From Dehalococcoidia bacterium (GTDB lineage Bacteria > Chloroflexota > Dehalococcoidia > Plut-88900): a stretch of 64,000 nt of DNA. Each line of letters begins with the position of its first letter. The first letter of the stretch is position 1. Below the pieces are notes generated by a model. It searched no databases. It had not been told where the DNA came from and saw nothing but the letters and a program-made list of their open reading frames with translations. Location: contig OZ240215.1 in NCBI GenBank assembly GCA_965197585.1, forward strand, positions 1,728,001-1,792,000. The letters run 5' to 3'. A program made the position numbers and the translations under genes. This document shows positions 56,944 through 64,000 of this stretch, piece after piece.

Positions 56944-57633
56944 TGTGACACGAACCCCTTGACCCAAGGTGTACACATGTACTATATTCACCCTCGACTA
57001 GCTCGTCACTCACCCCAAACCCAAGGAGGAACCAAAACACAGGGGGAACACCATCCCCGGCCCCCGAGGACTCAACATCTAAGCCCATCCCAAAGGGCGG
57101 CATTAGCCGCTCCTAGGCTCAAGCGAAAGCCGCCATCTCCTCATACCAAAGGCCCCGGCTCACCCTTCCCCCACCAACCATCAGGCGATGGAGGGTCCGT
57201 AGACTATAAGCGGCATGCCCTGTCCAAGGGCCCCTGCCGATACAACGCTCCCCTCATCAGGAGCGTATACCTCGCCCTCACAGGCGAATACCCTGACCCC
57301 GCCATTGGCCGGACTCAGATACAGGGCCTTTGAGCCCATAACCGACTCCCCCGCCGACGCCTTCGGAGAGGCAAGCGCACCCCTCGGCGGCTCCGAGTCA
57401 CGCTCCCATCCCTCCGCATGGTCGAGCACTTCTGGTGGTCGGGACGCCCCACGCCGAGAATCCCTCGGGTCCCCTCCCCATCCTCTCAGAAGCTAGGGGC
57501 TGCCCTGTGCAGACAGTAGATGTCCACAGGCACCGGCACAGGCCTAACCGCCTCCCTGCCCAACACTCTCGGACCTTCCGTCGCCACCCTCCCACTCAAC
57601 AAACAAACCCAGACCCCCAACCCCAACTGAATA
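56944..57633 (+). ncRNA. Putative large structured ncRNA, copy 3 (includes promoter)
   Basis: Same conserved blocks. Helix 57184-57199 GGCGATGGAGGGTCCG pairs with 57570-57585 CGGACCTTCCGTCGCC. Internal hairpins covary with copy 1. Confidence 0.75.
56959..56988 (+). promoter_or_regulatory. Promoter TTGACC-N18-TATATT with LexA-box-like TGTACACATGTACT (56970-56983)
   Basis: Same architecture as copies 1 and 2; palindromic GTAC-N4-GTAC. Confidence 0.6.
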
Positions 57634-57844
57634 TCCCTCCCCCGTAGAGGCGACCGGCCAGTCGCCCTGGAGTAGGGCATTTCGCTCGCATCCTCCTGGG
57701 AAACGCACAATAATTCCCCCCAAACAATCATACAGGTGTGAACTTTTGATTGGATCAATTAAAAGTCTCACCTCTCACAGTGTATAGGCGCCACTCAACG
57801 GGCCGTCCCCCGACACCCTGCCATCCCTGCCTCCATCACTCCCC

Positions 57845-57894
57845 TTGACACCCGGCACATTCATCGCTAATATTAGCAACTGCAACTGATTGCA
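57845..57894 (+). promoter_or_regulatory. Promoter TTGACA-N17-TAATAT followed by palindrome TGCAA-CTGA-TTGCA (candidate metal-regulator operator)
   Basis: Consensus-like promoter directly upstream of the metal ABC operon; inverted repeat at 57881-57894. Confidence 0.6.
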
Positions 57895-57927
57895 ACAACA
57901 CTTCATCGCATTAAGCGCTTCTCTACC

Positions 57928-58923
57928 ATGCCCAAGCTCCTTACTCTTCTCCTCATCACCCTCACCGTCGTCACCATCGCCTGCGGCCCTACCTCCAACC
58001 CCTCCTCTGGCAAGCTCAACGTAGTGACCACCGTCGCACCCATCACCAGCATCGTCGAGAACATCGGCGGCAACCGCATCCAACTCCAGGGTATAGTCCC
58101 CGAGGGAACCAACTCCCATACCTATGAGCCCTCTCCCTCAATAGCCAAGACCCTCACCAAGGCCGACCTCATAATCGCCAATGGCCTCTTCCTCGAAGAA
58201 CCTACCCTCAACCTCGCTGAAAGCGTCAAACAGGACGACACACCCATCCTCCTACTCGGCGACAACACCATCTCCCAAGACCAATGGGCCTTCGACTTCA
58301 GCTTCCCCGAATCCGGCGAGCACCCCAACCCTCACCTCTGGCCCGACCCCAACCTCGCCCTCCATTATGCCCAACTTGTCCACGACTCCCTCGTCTCCCT
58401 CGACACTTCCAACAAGGACTACTACGGCGACAACCTCACTGCCTTTACCGTTAGAATAGACCACCTCGACAACGCCATCCGCGAAGGTATATCCACTATT
58501 TCTCCCGACAACCGCAGACTCCTCACCTACCACGACTCCTGGGCCTATTTCGCCCGCACCTACGACATCGAGATCATAGGCGCCATCCAGCCATCCGATT
58601 TCAGCGAGCCCTCCCCCCAGGAAATGGCCCGCCTCATCCTCCAGGTCCGAGACCTCGGCGTACCCGCCGTTTTCGGCTCCGAGGTCTTCCCCAGCAAGGC
58701 CCTCGAGCAGATCGCCCGGGAGGCCGACGCTCTATACAGCGATGAGCTCGCCGACGATGACCTGCCTGGCCTCCCTGGTGACCCCGACCATTCCTACCTT
58801 GGCCTCATGACCCGGAACATGATCACCATGATCGGGGCTCTCGGCGGCGACGTTTCACCCTTCCACAACCTCGACTCATCCCTCGTGTTCGAAGGCCCCT
58901 CTACCGCCATTTACCCGCAGTAG
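57928..58923 (+). CDS. Zn/Mn ABC transporter substrate-binding lipoprotein (ZnuA/TroA family)
   Basis: Lipobox TIAC, SHTYEPSP, NPHLW, HDSWAYF and EPS motifs. Confidence 0.93.
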   Translation: MPKLLTLLLITLTVVTIACGPTSNPSSGKLNVVTTVAPITSIVENIGGNRIQLQGIVPEGTNSHTYEPSPSIAKTLTKADLIIANGLFLEEPTLNLAESVKQDDTPILLLGDNTISQDQWAFDFSFPESGEHPNPHLWPDPNLALHYAQLVHDSLVSLDTSNKDYYGDNLTAFTVRIDHLDNAIREGISTISPDNRRLLTYHDSWAYFARTYDIEIIGAIQPSDFSEPSPQEMARLILQVRDLGVPAVFGSEVFPSKALEQIAREADALYSDELADDDLPGLPGDPDHSYLGLMTRNMITMIGALGGDVSPFHNLDSSLVFEGPSTAIYPQ

Positions 58924-58931
58924 GAAACTCT

Positions 58932-59795
58932 TTGCTTCATCCCGGCTCTCATCCACCAACCACCGGCACTCCCATCGTGGCCCTGGATAATGTCTCCTGT
59001 GGCTACGATGGGCAGCCCGTCATGACCGGCATGGACCTAAGAGTCATGCCAGGTGATTTCGTCGGACTGCTCGGACCCAGCGGTTCCGGTAAGACCACTC
59101 TGCTCCGTGTCATCCTCGGTGCCGTCCGACTCTTCTCCGGCCGCGTCCTGCTCGATGGCATCCCCGTAGGCCCGAGACGGCCTCCCATTGGCTACGTTCC
59201 CCAGCTCGAGACCATCGACTGGAACTTCCCTGTCACCGTACAGGAAGTAGTCCTCATGGGTGCCGCCATGCGCAAGCCCCTCTTCCCTTGGCACTCTTCC
59301 CAGCAGGGCCGCAACGCTAGGGTGATCATGGAGCGCCTCGGCATTGCCCATCTCGCCCACAGGCACATAAGGCAGCTATCCGGCGGGCAGCAGCAACGCG
59401 TCTTCCTCGCTAGAGCCCTCATCAGCAACCCTAGACTCCTTCTCCTCGACGAGCCAACCGCCGGAGTCGACATCAAGACCCGGGACGACATCATGCACCT
59501 CCTTCACGAGCTTAACCACCAGGGCGTGACCATCGTGATGACAACCCACGAGATTAACTCCGTCGCCGCCCACCTGCCGCAAGTAGTCTGCATCAACGGT
59601 GGCATCGTTGCCCAGGGCCCTCCCACCGACATCTTCACCCCCGACATCCTCAGGCGCACCTACGGCGCGGACATGCCCGTTATCCGCTATCAGGGCCTCG
59701 CCCTCGTCGCCGAGCGTCCCCACGTCTTCAGCCCCACCGCCGACCAGCACACCGGAAAGGAACCTCACCTCCACACCCATGCCCCCGATTCTTGA
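58932..59795 (+). CDS. Zn/Mn ABC transporter ATP-binding protein
   Basis: GPSGSGKT, YVPQ, LSGGQQQR and LLDEP motifs. Confidence 0.93.
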   Translation: MLHPGSHPPTTGTPIVALDNVSCGYDGQPVMTGMDLRVMPGDFVGLLGPSGSGKTTLLRVILGAVRLFSGRVLLDGIPVGPRRPPIGYVPQLETIDWNFPVTVQEVVLMGAAMRKPLFPWHSSQQGRNARVIMERLGIAHLAHRHIRQLSGGQQQRVFLARALISNPRLLLLDEPTAGVDIKTRDDIMHLLHELNHQGVTIVMTTHEINSVAAHLPQVVCINGGIVAQGPPTDIFTPDILRRTYGADMPVIRYQGLALVAERPHVFSPTADQHTGKEPHLHTHAPDS

Positions 59796-60624
59796 ACCCT
59801 TCCAGTTCGAATTCTTCATCAAGGGCCTGGTAGCCGCCACCCTTGCCGGAGGCCTGTGCGGCCTGATCGGCGTCTACATCGTCCTCCGCGGCATGGCCTA
59901 CATCGGCCACGGCCTCTCTCATGCCGTATTCGGCGGCGCCGTAGTCAGTTACGTTATGTCTATCAACTTCTTCGTCGGGGCCAGCATCTGGGGGTTCCTC
60001 TCCGCCCTTCTCATCACCCTGACCACCCGCAAGAGGGTGATAGGCGCTGACGCTGCTATCGGCATCGTAACCACCGCCAGCTTCGCCCTCGGCGTCGCCA
60101 TCATTAGCACGCAGCGCACCTTCACCCGCAGCTTCGAGGCCGCACTGATCGGCGATATACTCGGCGTCGAACGAGGCGACCTCGTGGCCCTTGTCGCCGT
60201 ATCAATTGGCACGGTCCTCTTGGTACTTCTCGGCTACAAGCTCATCCTTTTCACCACCTTCGACCCCGAGGTAGCCCGCTTCTACGGCGTCCCCACCGCC
60301 TGGGTAGATACCGCCTTCTCCCTGGTCCTCGCCGGCGTCATCGTCGTGTCGATGCAGATTCTCGGCGTCACCATGATCGCCGCTGCCATCGTCATACCTC
60401 CCATCGTCGCCCGGCTAATCACCAACAAGTTCTCCCATATGCTGCTCCTGTCTACCGCCATCGGGACCTTCTGTGGCTTCTTCGGTATCTACATCAGCTA
60501 CTGGGTCGACGTTTCGTCGGGCGCCACCATCGTCCTCTTCGCCGCCGCGCTCTTCCTCTTGGCCATGGCGTGGAACACCTTCTGGCGAAGGTTGCCCTTC
60601 TCTCGTCGCCCCCGCCTTCCTTAA
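59779..60624 (+). CDS. Zn/Mn ABC transporter permease
   Basis: GHGLSHAVFGG, DAAIG, FDPE and SGATIV motifs; ATG overlaps the end of the ATPase gene. Confidence 0.92.
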   Translation: MPPILEPFQFEFFIKGLVAATLAGGLCGLIGVYIVLRGMAYIGHGLSHAVFGGAVVSYVMSINFFVGASIWGFLSALLITLTTRKRVIGADAAIGIVTTASFALGVAIISTQRTFTRSFEAALIGDILGVERGDLVALVAVSIGTVLLVLLGYKLILFTTFDPEVARFYGVPTAWVDTAFSLVLAGVIVVSMQILGVTMIAAAIVIPPIVARLITNKFSHMLLLSTAIGTFCGFFGIYISYWVDVSSGATIVLFAAALFLLAMAWNTFWRRLPFSRRPRLP

Positions 60625-60647
60625 ATGCAATCCCGACCCCTTTCCTA

Positions 60648-60687
60648 CTGTCATTCCGCGGCCCCGCGAGGAATCTAGGACTTGCCC
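60648..60687 (+). repeat. GTCATTCC-type REP
   Basis: CTGTCATTCCGCGGCCCCGCGAGGAATCTAGGACTTGCCC, similar to the 9807 copy. Confidence 0.75.
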
Positions 60688-60808
60688 ACTCACACTTCTC
60701 TCCTGCCCCACCCCCCCCACCCGGGTACTGGTCATCCGACTCCTCATGGTGTAACTTGAACTTCACCCGCATAGAGTGCCCAATGGGGCTCAATAACAGG
60801 AGACACCG

Positions 60809-61555
60809 GTGAAGCTAAAGGACAAGGTAGTCATTGTCACGGGAAGCAGCAGGGGCATAGGCAAGGGTCTTGCTATCGGTTTCGCCAAAGAGGGAGCGAA
60901 GGTCGTAGTTATGGCCCGCACCGACGCCCCAGGCCAGAGCAGACTCCCCGGCACCATCCACGAAACCGCAGAACAGATCAGAGCCGCAGGCGGCGAGTGC
61001 CTCCCGATACGCTGTGACCTTACCAGCCCGGAAGACCGTACTGCCCTCATCCACCAGGTCATCGACGCCTATGGCAGGATCGACGTCCTGATAAACAACG
61101 CCGCAATCATCCTCCATACCAGCGTCGCCGACACCAGCGTCAAGCGCTGGGGCCTCATGGCCGAGATCAACGTCCGTGCCCCCATCGAACTCTGCATGTT
61201 GGTCTTGCCCCATATGATGAGGCAGAAGTCAGGCTCCATTATCAACGTCACCTCAGGCGCCGCTCACGATCTTGAAGGCCTTACACTCTACGGTGCTTCC
61301 GATGCCGCCCTTGACCGCTTCACACAGGGCCTCGCCCTCGAAATGAAAGGCCACAACGTCGCCGTCAACGGCCTCGATCCCGGCAGAGTGAAGACCGAGG
61401 GCGCCCTCTTCACCTACCCCGAAGGCACCGACTGGTCCGAATGGAAGGAACCTGCCGCTGTCGTACCTTCCGCCGTCTACCTAGCCGCCCTCCCCGACAC
61501 CTCTTTCACCGGCCGCATAGTCGAGACCGACTTCTTCGGCCAGTCCTGGCCATAG
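60809..61555 (+). CDS. Short-chain dehydrogenase/reductase
   Basis: TGSSRGIG, NNA and NVTS motifs; YGASD where YxxxK is expected. Confidence 0.88.
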   Translation: MKLKDKVVIVTGSSRGIGKGLAIGFAKEGAKVVVMARTDAPGQSRLPGTIHETAEQIRAAGGECLPIRCDLTSPEDRTALIHQVIDAYGRIDVLINNAAIILHTSVADTSVKRWGLMAEINVRAPIELCMLVLPHMMRQKSGSIINVTSGAAHDLEGLTLYGASDAALDRFTQGLALEMKGHNVAVNGLDPGRVKTEGALFTYPEGTDWSEWKEPAAVVPSAVYLAALPDTSFTGRIVETDFFGQSWP

Positions 61556-61571
61556 CCCCGGCTCCAATACC

Positions 61572-62456
61572 ATGCCGTCTCCAACCAGCGTCAGGACTGT
61601 CGTTGTTCCCGCTGCCGGGTGGGGGACTCGCTTCCTCCCCACCACCAAGGCCGTCCCGAAGGAACTCCTCCCACTAATCGATAAGCCGGTCATCCAGTAC
61701 GGCATGGAGGAGGCCGCCGACTCCGGTCTGACGCGCGCAGTACTCGTCACCTCTCCCGGCAAAAATGCCCTTGAGGACTACTTCCGTCCTCGCCCCGCGC
61801 TCAACGACTTCCTCGATTCGAAGGGGAAGTCCGACCTCATCTCCAGCGTTGCCCGCATCACCGACCATCTCGACATCTCTTCAGTCATCCAGTACGAGCA
61901 GTTGGGCCTCGGCCACGCCGTCCTAACCGCTCGCGAGGCCGTGGGCCCCGAGCCTTTCGCCGTCCTCCTCCCCGACGACGTCATCCACTCCCGCACCCCC
62001 GCCCTCCAACAGCTTCTACAAGTCTTCAACTCCCGGCAAGCCTCTGTTCTTGCCGTGCAGAGGATCCCACGAGACCGGATATCAGGTTACGGAGTCATTG
62101 AACAAGAAGAGATAAGCCCCGGCCTCCACAGGGTCAAGGCTCTCGTTGAAAAGCCCCGCCCCGAAGACGCCCCCTCCGACCTCGGCATCGTCGGACGCTA
62201 CATCCTTACATCCACTATCTTTGAAGCCCTGGCGGCGACCAAACCCGGTGCCCTCGGCGAAATCCAACTCACCGACGCCATCGCCATTCTGCTGGAGAGC
62301 GAGCCGGTATACGCCCTTGAATTTAAAGGTGACCGCTACGACGCCGGCAATCCCCTCGGCCTGATCCAGGCCTCGGTTTGCATGGGACTCGCCCACCCGG
62401 ACATCGGCCCCGACTTGCGGGCCTTCCTCGCCCGCCTCGATCTCCCTAGCGGTTAG
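61572..62456 (+). CDS. galU: UTP--glucose-1-phosphate uridylyltransferase
   Basis: [31 protein letters not shown] and GEIQLTDAI motifs. Confidence 0.96.
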   Translation: MPSPTSVRTVVVPAAGWGTRFLPTTKAVPKELLPLIDKPVIQYGMEEAADSGLTRAVLVTSPGKNALEDYFRPRPALNDFLDSKGKSDLISSVARITDHLDISSVIQYEQLGLGHAVLTAREAVGPEPFAVLLPDDVIHSRTPALQQLLQVFNSRQASVLAVQRIPRDRISGYGVIEQEEISPGLHRVKALVEKPRPEDAPSDLGIVGRYILTSTIFEALAATKPGALGEIQLTDAIAILLESEPVYALEFKGDRYDAGNPLGLIQASVCMGLAHPDIGPDLRAFLARLDLPSG

Positions 62457-64000
62457 ACCCGTCCTGTTTCCCCACCTTAAGCACCGCCATGAACGCTTCC
62501 TGCGGAATCTCGACGTTCCCCACCCGCTTCATCCGCTTCTTCCCCTCGGCCTGCTTCTGCAGCAGCTTCCTTTTACGTGACACGTCGCCCCCATAGCATT
62601 TCGCTAGAACGTTCTTCCGAAGGGCCTTGATCGTCTCTCGGGCGATCACCCGGTTCCCGATCGCCGCCTGTATAGGCACGTCGAAAAGCTGACGCGGGAT
62701 TATGCCCCTAAGCGAATGTACCAACCCCTTGCCCCTCCGATACGCCTGGTCCGCATGCACTATCAGCGAAAGCGCATCCACCGGTTGCTCGTTCACCAGG
62801 AGGTCCAGTTTAACCAGCGGTGCAGCCACGTACCCAGTTAGCGAATAGTCCATCGATGCGTAGCCCTTAGTCCTCGATTTCAACTGGTCGTAGAACTCCA
62901 GCAGCATCTCGGCCAACGGCATCTGAAACTCCAGCGACACCCGCCCCCGCCCCCCCGACGCCCCATTTCCCTGCCCAGAGTTCAAATACTCCATCTTGGA
63001 ATACTTCCCCCTGTGTTCCTGAACCAACTCCATCACGGTGCCTATGAAGCTGTCCGGCGTTATGATCGTCAGGTTCAGCCAAGGTTCCTCTATCGAATCT
63101 ATATCCCCTCCAGGAGGCAGGTCCGTCGGACTCTCAACCAACTGCAGACCGCCGCTTCTCAAGTTAACCCTGTACTCCACGCTCGGCGACGTAGTGATCA
63201 GGTCTAGGCCGTACTCCCGTTCCAGCCGTTCCTGAACTATGTCCATGTGAAGCAGACCCAGGAAACCGCACCGGAAACCCGGGCCAAGAGCCAGGCTATC
63301 CTCAGGTTCGTAGGACAGCGAGGCGTCGTTCAGTGTCAGCTTGTCCAGCGCGTCCCTTAAGGAAGTGTACTCCCGCGTGTCGACGGGATACAGCCCTGCG
63401 AAAACCATAGGCTTCAGGGGCCGATACCCGGGCAGTGCCTCCGAGGCGGGCGTTCCCGCACTGGTCAGCGTGTCCCCGACTCGGCACCTCCTCACCTCTT
63501 TCAGCCCCGTGGCTATTCCCCCCACCTCCCCGCTGCTTAGGCCGACCACCGCCTTGGGCCAGGGTGTGAACACCGTAAGTTCCTGCCCTTCGAACTCCAC
63601 CCCGTTCGACATCAGCTTCAGATCTTCACCACTCGAAACTTCCCCATCGAACACCCTTACGTACGCGATCACGCCCTTGTAAGAATCGTATTTCGAGTCA
63701 AAGATCAGCGCCCGCAGCTGCCCTGAGCCGTTCCGCCTTGGCGGTGGCACCCTTTCGACAATCGCGTCCAGCACGCCCTTCGTCCCCAGCCCCTCCTTCG
63801 CCGAGACCTGCAGCACTTCGGAGGCCGAGAAGCCGAGCGCATCACACATCTCCTCAATGATCCTCTCCGGCTCTGCGTTTGGCAGGTCTATCTTGTTCAG
63901 TACCGGGATTAGTTCCAAGTCCTGGTCCAACGCCATGTACACGTTCGCCAGCGTCTGTGCCTGTATCCCCTGCGAAGCATCCACCACCAGCACGGCCCCC
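62446..64000 (-). CDS. lepA: Elongation factor 4 (5' end outside the window)
   Basis: [18 protein letters not shown] and [14 protein letters not shown] motifs. Confidence 0.97.
   Translation of the reverse strand, partial: GAVLVVDASQGIQAQTLANVYMALDQDLELIPVLNKIDLPNAEPERIIEEMCDALGFSASEVLQVSAKEGLGTKGVLDAIVERVPPPRRNGSGQLRALIFDSKYDSYKGVIAYVRVFDGEVSSGEDLKLMSNGVEFEGQELTVFTPWPKAVVGLSSGEVGGIATGLKEVRRCRVGDTLTSAGTPASEALPGYRPLKPMVFAGLYPVDTREYTSLRDALDKLTLNDASLSYEPEDSLALGPGFRCGFLGLLHMDIVQERLEREYGLDLITTSPSVEYRVNLRSGGLQLVESPTDLPPGGDIDSIEEPWLNLTIITPDSFIGTVMELVQEHRGKYSKMEYLNSGQGNGASGGRGRVSLEFQMPLAEMLLEFYDQLKSRTKGYASMDYSLTGYVAAPLVKLDLLVNEQPVDALSLIVHADQAYRRGKGLVHSLRGIIPRQLFDVPIQAAIGNRVIARETIKALRKNVLAKCYGGDVSRKRKLLQKQAEGKKRMKRVGNVEIPQEAFMAVLKVGKQDGSNR

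Noticed and set aside
56848-57333. Plus-strand ORFs over the repeated element (56848-57333, 18973-19230, 519-872) and mini-ORFs from the ATG in GGCGATGG
   Set aside because: Frames, starts and lengths differ between copies (the mini-ORFs are 10, 24 and 4 codons), and the ATG is buried in the closing helix.

Overview
This 64-kb window looks like ordinary chromosome of a Dehalococcoidia/SAR202-like Chloroflexota bacterium. That placement is inferred from gene content: luciferase-like and F420-dependent oxidoreductases, family III CoA-transferases, many amidohydrolases, MaoC pairs and CocE/NonD. Housekeeping genes include recF, tatA/B/C, rpsT, rel, dinB, pepN, galU and a partial lepA. There are also a Zn/Mn ABC transporter, a mazEF module, two IS481-family elements and at least four families of short palindromic REP-like repeats. 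The main unexplained signal is a ~650-730 bp non-coding element in three diverged, same-orientation copies (151-802, 18941-19667, 56944-57633). Each copy has the same promoter layout (TTGAC-N18-TATATT) with a LexA-box-like 14-mer abutting the -10. The copies share seven identical 5' sequence blocks, a long-range closing helix with compensatory and G-U changes, UNCG loops, probable pseudoknots or kissing loops, and an A/C-rich tail, but no conserved ORF. It resembles no RNA class I recognise (no database search was possible) and is a candidate new family of large, possibly SOS-regulated, structured ncRNAs. All structures were inferred by eye.
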